Made by a program: the position numbers and the translations under genes. The notes beneath the pieces were generated by a model. The model worked only from the letters and a program-made list of their open reading frames with translations, did no database searches and was not told the origin of the DNA. From Octopus sinensis (taxonomy: Eukaryota), in the NCBI RefSeq assembly GCF_006345805.1, contig NC_043018.1:4154001-4218000 (forward strand): a stretch of DNA of 64,000 nucleotides, given 5' to 3'. Positions 1-11,710 of the stretch are shown here, in pieces (position 1 is the stretch's first letter; each line of letters opens with the position of its first letter).

Positions 1-824
1 TCTTGCCAAAACAGACATTGGGACTCAACGTAGGCTTCTGATTTGTCAGGTCCTGTCAAACTGTCCAACCCGTACCAGCATAGAACATGAATATTAAAAG
101 GTGATGATAATTATATAAAAACAGGAGACATGGCTGTTTGGTAAAGTTCATTTTGCAAATACTGGATTCTGTGTGGATCCCAATGCACAGTATATTGGGC
201 AAATATTTTCATGCCTTGCCCTGGGCTGATCAGTGCCTTTGCAAGTGAATTTGGTAGATGAAAACTGAGAGAAGTCTATGATGTGTGTGTGTGTGTATTT
301 ACATTTTCCTAAGTGTTGAGCTGCTGATAATTTATGTCTTCCAATATGTGTTAACATATTGGAAGAGACATACAAGCGATGCCCCACTTGAAAAACAGTT
401 AATGGTTTGTGACAAGAAACTGGTTGTAAAACAATGAAAAAAAAACATGTAAAATGAATGAATGATACCTGTGTGTATACAATCTTTTTTAACCTTTTAA
501 CATTCAGGTTATTTTGTCAAATGTAATGTTTATTTATTCCTATTGCTGTGAATTAATCTTGCATTATCTCATAGCTTTGAGATTTCAATGAGATGATAGT
601 TCACTTTCAGAATGACATTGTAGGGTAGGTATGAGAGTGTGGATCTGGCTAGTTTGGACATAAAGCAGGTAGAATATTTTGGTCAATTTAAATGCTGAAG
701 GGTGAAGATACTAAGGTGTGATTTAATTGAAATTTGGCTGATATTCCTTATAGGTTAAATGAGTAACTTTGTAGAGGCACCTATTGTTGACTCAGGCTTT
801 CATTGCTGTTACTCTTCTTTGCAG

Positions 825-923
825 TTTGCTTCATGAACGTCGAATCCTGTTTATTTCCAAGAAGTTGAGTCGTGTCACTGCCTGCATTCATGCAGCTGCT
901 GCTTTAATTTATCCAATGAACTG
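825..923 (+). CDS. DENND1A: DENND1-family (connecdenn) coding exon, first in window: (S)LLHERRILFISKKLSRVTACIHAAAALIYPMN(W)
   Basis: ttctttgcag acceptor and gtaatg donor. Peptide matches the DENN core motif xLxERRIL..S.KLS.LTAC.H...A.LYP..W. Probably the single invertebrate pro-orthologue of DENND1A/B/C. Confidence 0.9.
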
Positions 924-1008
924 GTAATGGTTATTTTAAGTTCAAATTATTGACCAAATAACATTTCATATACTACTGAAACTTAAACAATATTTTTTTT
1001 AATTCCAG

Positions 1009-1059
1009 GCAACACTTGTTCATTCCTATTCTTCCAAACAGCTACACAGATCTCCTCAG
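1009..1059 (+). CDS. DENND1A: DENND1 exon: (W)QHLFIPILPNSYTDLL(S)
   Basis: ttccag acceptor, gtaagt donor, phase-compatible with the previous exon; WQH..IP.LP is the DENN motif. Confidence 0.92.
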
Positions 1060-1431
1060 GTAAGTAGTACCACATCAATTATATAAACACATTTAAAGGA
1101 GTGGGCTGTGTAGTATCTCATCAACTTATATATAAAATAATTATAGAGAACCTGGTCATCTCTTCAATTTTTTAAATGCTGCTACCTTCAGGTTTTCTTG
1201 TATTAATTTTTCCCTCATTAATTTCCTTATGATTAAATTTATATATTTTAAAGTTTAAATAGTGGTTTGCAGATTTAGCAGATAACACATGCATGCAGTT
1301 CTACAGTACATAACTACTACTCATTCTTAATGTGTGAGCATGCATGTTGTGTGTGTGTGTGTGTGTGTGTGTGTGTCTATATATACACATGTACACAACT
1401 ATATATATATATATATGATTAGATTAGTGCT

Positions 1432-4229
1432 CCATCATAGTTTAGCAACTATTATAACGGCCTATGCCCCTCACCCAGGGTTACCTGATGGACAGAAAGA
1501 CCGTTTTTATGACACCCTACTGCAGACCACCTCATTGACGAACGACAGGGACCTTCTCTTTGTGGCTGGTGACTTCAATGAGCATGTTGGACGATATGCT
1601 GAGGGCTTCTATGGCGTTCATGGAGGCTATGGTTATGGTTCTCGCAATGAGGAGGGAACCAAGCTGCTGGAGTTCTGTGATGCGAATAGTCTTATGGTTT
1701 GCAACACTATCTTCAGGAAACCGACAAGCCACTTACCGTTTGGGCCAGCATACTAGCCAATTCGACTACATCCTTGCCAGAAAAAGGGAAAGATGGCTGC
1801 TTATAAATGCCAAAACCTTCCGAGGCGAAGAATGTACCCCACAACATAGACTGGTAGTCAGTGACTTTAGGATCAGGACTAAGAGGACAACTAGAAGACG
1901 ACCAACATGGAGAAGAAGGGTCTGGAAGCTTAAAGACCCTGCAAATGGACGGAGATTTAGAGACATGTTACTTGAAGCCTTCGACGAAATAGAAGGGGGT
2001 ATAGCTACACATGGGGTAGAAGATAACTGGGCGCTTCTAAGGGACAACCTGCTGAAAGCCACTGACCAGATCTGTGGCTGGTGCAAAGTCCCCACAAGAC
2101 CCAAAATAACGTGGTGGTGGAAGAATACTGTTGACAGGGCTATTAGACAAAAGAAACAGGCTTGGAAGGACTAGAAGAACGGTGGTAGCAGGGAAGTGTA
2201 TCAGACTGCAAGAAGGGAAGCTAGGAGGCAGGTGTATTTAGCCAGAGGGGAAGCAGATAAGAAAAAATTTGCCAATGTCCTGCGCCGTGAGGATGAAAGA
2301 CTTGAGGTATTTCGTATAGCAAGACAGTGTGCGAGAGAGAATCGTGACGTGGTAGGAGAAAAATGTGTTCGCACGAATGACGGCTCACTTGCGCTAAATA
2401 AGGATGCAAAGAGAAAGGTTTGGAGACGCCACTATGAAAGGTTGCTGAATGAGGAAAATGAATGGGATAAAGAGATTCTGCCGAATGTTGACCCAACAGA
2501 GAGACCAGCAATCCGAGTTGACAGTTCCTTAGTAGTTAAGGCAATTACAAGCATGAAAACAGGGAAAGCCCCAGGCCCATCAGGAATTACTGCAGAGATG
2601 CTCAAAATATCTGGTAGTGTCGGCTATAGCCTAGTCACCCGTATAGTTAACCAGGTGATACATGAAGGAGTCATACCCAATGACTGGTGTAGCAGCATAA
2701 TAGTCAACTGCTACAAAGGTAAAGGTGACACCCTAGATACAAATAACTACAGGGGTATCAAGCTGCTGGATCAGGTAATGAAGGTTACGGAGAGGGTTAT
2801 AGCCCAACTAATTAGAGAGAGAGTTAGCTTAGATCAGATGCAGTTTGGGTTCATGCCAGGGAAAAGTACTACTGATGTTATTTTCCTGGTAAGACAGCTG
2901 CAGGAGAAATATCTAGCCAAAGACAAGCCCCTATACCTGGCTTTTGTTGATATGGAGAAAGCCTTTGACAGGGTCCCCCGATCCCTTATCTGGTGGTCAA
3001 TGAGGAAACTAGAGATAGATGAATGGTTAGTGAGAGCTGTACAAGCCATGTACAGAGACGCTGCTAGTAAGGTGAGGGTTGGCATCGAGTACAGTGAAGA
3101 ATTCAAGGTAGAGGTTGGGGTCCACCAAGGTTCAATCCTCAGTCCCCTCCTATTTATCATAGTCCTCCAGGCAATAACGGAGGAATTCAAGACAGGATGC
3201 CCCTGGGAGCTCCTCTATGCTGATGACCTTGCTCTAATTGCTGAGTCTCTATCAGAACTGGAGAAGTTTTAGGTGTGGAAGCAAGGTTTAGAATCGAAAG
3301 GCCTTAGAATCAACCTAGCCAAAACCAAAGTCCTAATAAGTAGGAAGGTAGACCAATCACAAACACCTTCAGGTAGATGGCCCTGCTCGATCTGTAGAAA
3401 AGGCGTAGGTAGAAACTCTATAAGATGCACCAAATGTAAGCTATGGACACATAAGAGATGTAGTAATGTCAAAGGAAGACTAACCAGGAAAATAGTTTTT
3501 ATCTGTGGCAGATGCTCAGGAGCAATAAACACTGGAAATGTGCAGAGACCAACTTCTACCACGTTCCAGGGAGAAACTAGAAGTAGTTGATAGCTTCCGC
3601 TACCTAGGTGACCAAGTCAGTTGCGGGGGCGGGTGTGCTGAAAGTGTAACTGCTAGAGTAAAAATAACCTGGGCAAAGTTTAGAGAGCTCTTACCCCTGC
3701 TGGTGACAAAAGGCCTCTCGCTCAAAGTAAAAGGCAGACTGTATGATGCATGTGTACGTACAGCCATGCTACATGGTAGTGAAACTTGGGCTGTGACTGC
3801 CGGTGGCACGTAAAAGCACCATCCATTCGTGTCCGTTGCCAGCCTCGCCTAGCCCCCGTGCCGGTGGCACGTAAAAGCACCATCCGCTTGTGTCCGTTTC
3901 CAGCCTTGCCTGGCCCCCGTGCCGGTGGCACGTAAAAGCACCATCCGTTCGTGTCCATTGCCAGCCTCGCCTGGCCCCCGTGCCGGTGGCACGTAAAAGC
4001 ACCATCCGTTCGTGGCCGTTTGCCAGCTGTGTCTGGCACCTGTGCGGGTGGCACGTAAAAAGCACCCACTACACTCATGGAGTGGTTGGCGTTAGGAAGG
4101 GCAACCAGCCGTAGAAACACTGCCAGATCTGACTGGGCCTGATGCAGCCTTCCGGCTTCACAGACCCCAGTTGAACCGTCCAACCCATGCTAGCATGGAA
4201 AACGGACGCTAAATGATGATGATGATGAT
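1432..4229 (+). mobile_element. RTE-clade (RTEX-like) LINE, 5'-truncated and frameshifted: APE endonuclease, RT, PHD finger, internally deleted 3' UTR, (ATG)n tail
   Basis: ORFs 1334-3813 show APE (VAGDFNEHVG, DYIL), RT (QFGFMPGKST, FVDMEKAFD, GVHQGS, YADD) and a C4HC3 finger; ORF2 joins the 3' UTR array directly at 3797. Confidence 0.93.
3797..4066 (+). repeat. ~60-bp tandem array in the RTE 3' UTR (5 units, core GTGCCGGTGGCACGTAAAAGCACC)
   Basis: Direct inspection; homologous arrays at 4950-5250, 17430-17710(-), 27140-27370, 50340-50465 and 60710-61070(-). Confidence 0.9.
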
Positions 4230-4241
4230 TATATATATATA

Positions 4242-4460
4242 CTCTTTTACTTGTTTCAGTCATTTGACTGCGGCCATGCTGGAGCACCGCCTTTTTAATC
4301 GAGCAACTCGACCCTGGGACTTATTCCTTTGTAAGCCCAGTACTTATTCTATTGGTCTCTTTTGCCGAACCGCTAAGTAACAGAGACATAAACACACCAA
4401 CATCGGTTGTCAAGCAATGCTAGGGGGACAAACACAAACACACACACATGCATATATATA

Positions 4461-4509
<49 letters not shown>

Positions 4510-4674
4510 TACGACGGGCTTCTTTCAGTTTCTGTCTACCAAATCCACTCACAAGGCTTTGGTCGGCCCGAGGCTATAGTAGAAGACACTTGCCCAAGGT
4601 GTCATGCAGTGGGACTGAACCTGGAACCATGTGGTTGGTAAACAAGCTACTTACCATACAGCCACTCCTGCACC
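4242..4674 (-). mobile_element. tRNA-derived SINE family A (A/B boxes, CORE-like domain, internal (AT)n, CR1-like 3' tail)
   Basis: Minus strand: TGGCTGTATGG A-box, GGTTCAGTCCC B-box, CACCTTGGGCAAGTGTCTT core, tail GGCGGTGCTCCAGCATGGCCGCAGTCAAATGACTGAAACAAG. Confidence 0.85.
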
Positions 4675-4705
4675 ATATATATATATATATATGTATAGGC
4701 CTCAC

Positions 4706-5388
4706 CAATGACTAGTGACTGAGACTTTTGGAAATATGCTGAAGACCCAGCAAGCCAAATGAGACCATAACCTCATGGCCTATGCCAGGGGCGTAACCAG
4801 CCAACTTGTGCGTACTTTTTCCTTCTTTGGACACTAAACTCTGCTTGCGAAGACCTGTTGAGGCAAGTGAAATCGAAATCAAAATGAAATTCGATGATGG
4901 GCATGAGCACCAAACGAGCGTGATTGTTGACAGAGCGACTAACCGGCTTCCATGCCAGTGACACATAAAAGGCACCATTCGAGTGTGATTGTTACCAGCT
5001 TCACCTTACTGGCACTTGTGCTCCGTGCTAGTAGGGTGCTAAGAGCACCATCTGAGCATGATCGTCGCCAGAGCTGCTAAGTGGCTTCTGTGCTGGTGGC
5101 ATGTAGGAAGTACCATTCGAACGGGATCGTTACCAGCATCACCTTACTGGCACATGTGCCGTTGGCATGTGAAAAACAACAATTGAGCGTGGTTGTTGCC
5201 AGTACCACCTGACTGGCCCCCGTGGCAGTGGCACATAAAAAGCACCCACTACGCTCTTGGAGTGGTTGGCATTAGGAAGGGCATCCAGCTGTAGAAACTC
5301 TGCCTGGTGCAGCCATCTGGTTCGCTAGCCCTCAGTCAAACCGTCCAACCCATGCTAGCATGGAAAGTGGACATTAAACGATGATGAT
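4706..5388 (+). mobile_element. 5'-truncated RTE (end of ORF2 plus 3' UTR)
   Basis: Homologous to 26990-27527; ends AAACGATGATGAT. Confidence 0.85.
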
Positions 5389-5644
5389 ATATAAATACAT
5401 ACACCTAGGGTGAAACAAGTACTACAGCAAATAGGAATTAAGTGAACCAGTGTAAAAGCTGCAGTGTAGTCTCCCAATACACTGAATATAGTTGCTAAAT
5501 TTCTGTCAAAAATAATATCCTCTACTATTTTCAAATGTTTGATATGCATTGCATCTAGTAACATTTAGTTACAAAATCCATTCTCAGTACCTATAATTTT
5601 TTTCTTATTTAACTATAACTGTGATATTTCTGTTCTCTCCACAG

Positions 5645-5690
5645 TGCTCCTATGCCTTTCATGATTGGAGTACATTCAACAATGATGGAA
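5645..5690 (+). CDS. DENND1A: DENND1 exon: (S)APMPFMIGVHSTMME
   Basis: ctctccacag acceptor, gtaagt donor; APMP..IG.H motif of DENN domains. Confidence 0.92.
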
Positions 5691-5825
5691 GTAAGTACAT
5701 TCAATATTGAAGTTTTAATTAAAATTTTGTTGCAAGTTTTAGTCACTTGTTACCTATTCACACCCTCTTCTGAAGTAACCCATACCCCGCCTTGAAAAAC
5801 CCTGGTCTAAACCATTTATAAAAAT

Positions 5826-6000
5826 AAAAAGCACCCACTACACTCTTGGAGTGGTTGGCGTTAGGAAGGACATCCAGCTGTAGAAACTTTGCCAGACGAG
5901 ATTAGAGCCTGGTACAGCCATCTGGTTCACCAGACTTCAGTCAAACAATCCTACCCATGCCAGCTTGGAAAACGGACATTAAACGATGATGATGATTATT
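5826..6000 (+). mobile_element. RTE 3' UTR fragment
   Basis: AAAGCACCCACTACACTC...GGAAGG.CATCCAGCTGTAGAAAC...AAACGATGATGATG. Confidence 0.85.
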
Positions 6001-6459
6001 ATTAATTAAAGCTCTCTACACACAGCTGTAGAATTACAATAAAGCAGGACTCAGCACTTGTGGAATACTAAGTCACTCTCAACTGTTACTCATAATCCAG
6101 TACAACTTGAGACAAGAAAACACTTTCTTTCTCATTCACCATGCCTTCACTCTTGATGTGATCCAGACTGCAAAATCGATGCAACACATGTTGAACCGAG
6201 GCCCACACATAAAGGACAATAGCAGGATGGCTTAAAACAAACGTTGTACGGAATAAAGTTTAATACCAAATCCATCTTCTTGCTACTTAATTAATATAAC
6301 TACCCTAACTGACACTGCAGAGTTCCTGAAGTGGATCCAATGGAAGTATACCACGACTGCAGATGACAACAGGTAGCCTAAATTGTGCCGGTGCTCTATT
6401 CAACATTTAAACATACTAATCAATTTATACCTATTAGTTCATAATATTTATTTTATATA

Positions 6460-6514
<55 letters not shown>

Positions 6515-7109
6515 ATTTTGGGACGGTCATTTTTTTTTTGCCAAATTAACACACGCACTATATATATTCTTTCTTCATTCATTTATTACTGTCCTTATTT
6601 TATTATCTTAACTCATGTCCATTGTCTGGAAATCTTCCATTATGCATCTGTGACCTCTTTAGCGACACTTTTCATTTTTGTGTGTTTTCTTGCTCCACTT
6701 GCTCCATTCTGTTCTTTTAAGGTGTGTACCGGTATGTGCACATGTGTTTGTGTCCTTGTTTGTTTGTGTGTGTGTGTCATAGTTTTTAGCAGCCGTGTGG
6801 CCTTCCCCTCATCAGCCCCATCCTCTCACCCCATTGTGCTGCTGATGTCCTAAGACCTGAAATTATGGGACAGTTCCTGTATTCCTCTGTGTATGTGTGT
6901 TTGCCCACAGTGGCTGTTGTTGTTGTGGTTATTGCCATTGTTGTCACTGCTGCTGCTAGATTTATTCATTTATTTTATCTCTGTCTCTTATATTTATCTC
7001 AGGTATATGACAAATATATTTATGTTTATTTATCTATTTATATATTTATTTATACAACAATAATGGTTTCAACACACAATTTCACATCAGAAATCTTGCA
7101 AATCAAATT

Positions 7110-7400
7110 GATATCTTATGGTATTGATCAAACTATTGCATGTTGTTATACATTGCTGGTCACAGTGCACTTTGCGTTATTTTAGCCTAGAATGATGCCA
7201 TCCCACTGGCCAGGTGAGAGCAGGCTAACGTTCCCTCTGATTGCAAGACTAGTCTGTTGCAGGGTTGTCATTCATTCACAGCTGAGTGGATTGGAGCAAC
7301 GTGCAACAAAGTGTTTTGCTCAAGAACACAATCTACTGCCCTGTTCTGGAATCAAACCTACAATCTAGCAATCCTGAGTATAGCACCTTGACCATTAACC

Positions 7401-7405
<5 letters not shown>
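7110..7405 (-). mobile_element. Decayed tRNA/CORE-like SINE sharing its 3' tail with the adjacent SINE
   Basis: Core as in 44200-44260; 7140-7230 aligns by eye to 7475-7560. Confidence 0.6.
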
Positions 7406-7433
<28 letters not shown>

Positions 7434-7437
<4 letters not shown>

Positions 7438-7735
7438 ATATCACGTGATCACATGACCGACCAGACCATCAGATGTTACACATCGCTGGTCACAATGCGT
7501 TCGCATTGTTTTTTAGCCTTCGAATGACGCCACCCCACTGGCTAAGCGAGCAGGCCAACTGAAGAAAGAGTGAGAGAAAGAGTACAGCAGGGATCACCAC
7601 ACCCTGCCGGAGCCTCGTGGAGCTTTTAGGTGTTTTCGCTCAATAAACACTCACAACGCCCGGCCTAGGAATCGAAACCGCGATCCTACGACCGCGAGTC
7701 CACTGCCCTAACCACCAGGCCATTGCGCCTCCACA
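7434..7735 (-). mobile_element. tRNA(Arg)-like SINE resembling the octopus OR-type families
   Basis: Minus strand GGAGGCGCAATGGCCTGGTGGTTAGGGCAGTGGACTCGCGGTCGTAGGATCGCGGTTTCGATTCC with clear A/B boxes; family name from recall only. Confidence 0.75.
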
Positions 7736-7739
7736 TATA

Positions 7740-9859
7740 TATGTATATAAATAGGTGAATGAATTATCCTATGTTTATTGTCAGCATGGAAAATTCATTG
7801 AACCGAAACCAGGGTAGCAAATTCACGTCAGAAACACAGTTGAAGCGACCTGTCCAAGGGTAGAAACTCCGGGTTCATGTGCAAAAATTTGTGTGTTGTA
7901 TATGAATAAATGAAAGAATGGAGTCGAACGAACATGTTAACAAAATTCCTTTACTCTCGACATATGTTTCGAAGACAACATGGTTTCATTCCAAAGGAAT
8001 AAAGGGTGCCTTATGCAATCTTCTCATCAGGAAAGAAAGGGAGCCTCTCTTGACAACAAGACAAACAAAAAATTTCGATGACTGCCTACATGGTAAACAA
8101 AACGATAATGAGTGTTTTTAAAAAAACTGTTAGAAGAATTGACGTCAAAGATAGATAGTAGGAAGAGAAGGGTTAAAAGAATAATAGGTAGGGAACAAGT
8201 GGAGAGGGAAGAGTACATTGATTGAAAGAATGTTCGAAGGCTTAGGAAAGAATTTCGCTATTGAAGTGGAGTGCATGTTAAGCTAATTGTTCAAACCACA
8301 GTGACTATCGTTATCATTTATATGAGTAGAAAGTGTGTTTTTGCCAATGTTTACATTTGTACGATTTTTCTATGAGTGTGTTTACAAGGAGAACCTTAGA
8401 GAAGAGAATATGGAAGAGTTCAGAGTTGCAAATGTTACAAAATCTCCTGCCCTTATCAAAAGGAAAGGATACAGACAGTATGAACCAATCTAACTTGAAA
8501 TTTATATTGTTGTCTTTAAAACGCCAAACTAATTTACTTAGCCCTGTACTATGTCATTTTTTACTATCCCTGAATGTTGAATAATGGTTTGAAATTCTCT
8601 TGGATAACTGGGAAGTGGACGCTCCTATATAGAAGAAGACATCGGTACCGGAAGAAATTCTACACTGGTAAATAGAATTCTTAATCTTAGAATTACTAGA
8701 CAAAAATTTAATTCTGTTGGGGTTGTCCTCCGAGATCGAAACGAAGTTTTTATTGCTATGATTGTTGTTACTATTATTATTAGTGCCAACAACTACACTA
8801 TTTCTATTACTATTAGTATTATTAATGGTAATACAACCAGTAATACCGCCGACAATAATACCGTTATTGTTATTACCATCAACATTACCATTGTTATTAA
8901 CACGACTAGTACTATTATTAATATTATCATTGTTAACACTATCGCTGCTACCAATGCTATTACTATTAATACTATTCCTATTATTATGATTGTATGATGG
9001 GTTGGAATTGGCAAGATTAGTGTTGGAACTCCCGGGTGAAGAATCTTTGTTTAGCAGCTTGGTATTGTGAGAAGATATAATTTGCGAAAGATTTCTAGTG
9101 TTAGAGAAAGCGATTCTAACTACGTGGGAATTGATAATGGAATGATATCTAGAATTTCTGGGAAAGTTCCTAGCAACGGCTTCACAGAACTGCAAGGGAA
9201 GGTTCGATTTAATTTGTTTTCTGAAAGGTATTACAAACCAGATACAGGTTTTTGTGGCCTTTGAATTGTACTTAGTGTCATTTGTGAAAGTAAGAGGAAA
9301 ATTTCTGCGTTGGAAATTTGGGGTTGAATGGCGCTTACCTCCCCTAGTCCGTAAAGAATTTATTTTACGTACAGGGTTGCTGGCACTATTAGAATTGAAA
9401 TCACTATTCCTATTACGAGTAACTTTTCTATCTGGAGAAGCAGATGTTGGTTTAGAATGAGCTGAATCAATGTATGACACTTTCTCCTTATAACCGGCTT
9501 TTAACAAGGCGGCGTTATAGAAGTCTGCCTTTTGGTTAAAGATGTCGACATTGGCAGATAATTTAGACAGTCTCAAAGATATGTTTTTGACTAAATTATC
9601 GGTAACTGGCCTGGCATGATTACTGTAAAGGCTAATATACTTAAGATTTGTGGAAGGTTTATGATAAGGGAAGTAAGAGTTATTCTGCAAATTGAGGGTA
9701 ATGTCTAAGAAGTTGGCTTTAGTTAATTCATCGTCAAAAACGATGCGCAAGCCCATTCTACTAAAAAACCTAACTAATCTGTTCTTAACCTTCTGTATTT
9801 TTTTGATTTGAAACGTTTTGGAGGTAAAGCAGACAATTGTCGCGATAAAGACCTCCACA
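7740..9859 (-). mobile_element. Penelope-like element (Naiad-type motifs), 5'-truncated at the RT catalytic motif: RT thumb, Asn-rich linker, GIY-YIG, 3' pLTR with HHR
   Basis: GLYRDN (degenerate YRDD) at ~9850, NFLDITL, Y.PYHKP...YIS..SNH, IYQC..YIG.S...SKRISNH; premature TGA at 8554 where the other arm has CGA. Confidence 0.88.
7948..8040 (-). ncRNA. Type I hammerhead ribozyme, intact core
   Basis: Minus strand: P1 CCUUUCUUUC/GAGAG(U)AAAGG, CUGAUGA, P2 GAAGAU/GUCUUC, GAAA, palindromic P3 ACAUAUGU, GUC cleavage triplet. Confidence 0.85.
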
Positions 9860-10735
9860 GATAATAGTAACAACAATCATAGCAATAAAAACTTCGTTTC
9901 GATCTCGGAGGACAACCCCAACAGAATTAAATTTTTGTCTAGTAATTCTAAGATTAAGAATTCTATTTACCAGTGTAGAATTTCTTCCGGTACCGATGTC
10001 TTCTTCTATATAGGAGCATCCACTTCCCAGTTATCCAAGAGAATTTCAAACCATTATTCAACATTCAGGGATAGTAAAAAACGACATAGTACAGGGCTAA
10101 GTAAATTAGTTTGGCGTTTTAAAGACAACAATATAACTTTCAAGTTAGATTGGTTCATACTGTCTGTATCCTTTCCTTTTGATAAGGGCAGGAGATTTTG
10201 TAACATTTGCAACTCTGAACTCTTCCATATTCTCTTCTCTAAGGTTCTCCTTGTAAACACACTCATAGAAAAATCGTACAAATGTAAACATTGGCAAAAA
10301 CACACTTTCTACTCATATAAATGATAACGATAGTCACTGTGGTTTGAACAATTAGCTTAACGTGCACTCCACTTCAATAGCGAAATTCTTTCCTAAGCCT
10401 TCGAACATTCTTTCAATCAGTGTACTCTTCCCTCTCCACTTGTTCCCTACCTATTATTCTTTTAACCCTTCTCTTCCTACTATCTATCTTTGACGTCAAT
10501 TCTTCTAACGGTTTTTTTAAAAACACTCATTATCGTTTTGTTTACCATGCAAGCAGTCATCGAAATTTTTTGTTTGTCTTGTTGTCAAGAGAGGCTCCCT
10601 TTCTTTCCTGATGAAAAGATTGCATAAGGCACCCTTTATTCCTTTGGAATGAAACCATGTTGTCTTCGAAACATATGTCGAGAGTAAAGGAATTTTGTTA
10701 ACATGTTCGTTCGACTCCATTCTTTCATTTATTTA
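9860..10735 (+). mobile_element. Inverted duplicate of the PLE 3' end (intact GIY-YIG frame plus pLTR)
   Basis: ORF 9818-10324 ends CNICNSE...N...E..YKCKHWQKH; near-identical reverse complement of ~7906-8776. Confidence 0.9.
10598..10690 (+). ncRNA. Type I hammerhead ribozyme, P2 closing pair broken (A.C)
   Basis: Same as 7948-8040 but CUGAUGA is followed by AAAGAU instead of GAAGAU. Confidence 0.75.
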
Positions 10736-10747
10736 TATATGTATATA

Positions 10748-10881
<134 letters not shown>

Positions 10882-11710
10882 CACACACTGGCTACATACA
10901 CACTTATATACACACAAAGCTATATACTAACTTTATTCATGGTAGAGCACAGTTTTTATTTTTTTTAATCAAAAATGGACTTTGCGATGAATATTGTTGC
11001 TTTAGATGAATCCACTTTCTAAAGAAGTTTGTAACCCACAATATTTTATGTAACTCTTTACCTTTTTTATTAAAAGCATGGGTTGGATGGTGCTGCTAAT
11101 TTACATTTATAATTTACAGATGAACATCCTCCTATCTTTCAGTTACCAACTGTTCCACTATGAATTTTAAGTAGCATCCATTTTATAATTCTTTTCTTTT
11201 TATCTATTTATTTTCTTTAATGGCTAGGTAGATTAAGGTAAGTAAAGTGCCTTGCTTAAGGATACATGCAGTGCCTGTGAAAAGGGGTTTCAATTGAGTA
11301 CATGTCTTTGGGTTAGTAGTTCTTCACTTTAACCCCACAGTTAACAGTACGGAAATGTGATGTTATATTTTTTATAGAGCATGTTGTTGTTCTTTACACT
11401 ATTACACATTACACTCTGATTTCTTAGTTGACATAACCTTTTCTCTAGTGATCTCATTTTAACATACCATATTCTGTAGTGGCTCCATTTTAACATGTCC
11501 CTGGCCCTTTTACACAACATTGTATACACAGTTACAGCTAATACTTAAAGTAGATTGCACCCTTGTAGTATGTTTTGAATTATGCTATTGACCATTGTAA
11601 CAATTTTTATAAAAAAAATTTTTTTTTAAACTCAGACAATATAATTCCACACAGCTATGCTTACACCTACATACCACCATATATGCATATATATATATAT
11701 ATATATAAAA

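Noticed and set aside
3797-4066. CRISPR-like array (hairpin repeat plus spacers)
   Set aside because: The spacers are homologous to each other, the context is a eukaryotic LINE 3' UTR, and there are no cas genes.
8554-8556. In-frame TGA as selenocysteine (some Naiad PLEs encode selenoproteins)
   Set aside because: The other arm has CGA (Arg) here, so it is a CpG transition at a non-Cys site; I saw no convincing SECIS in the 3' region.
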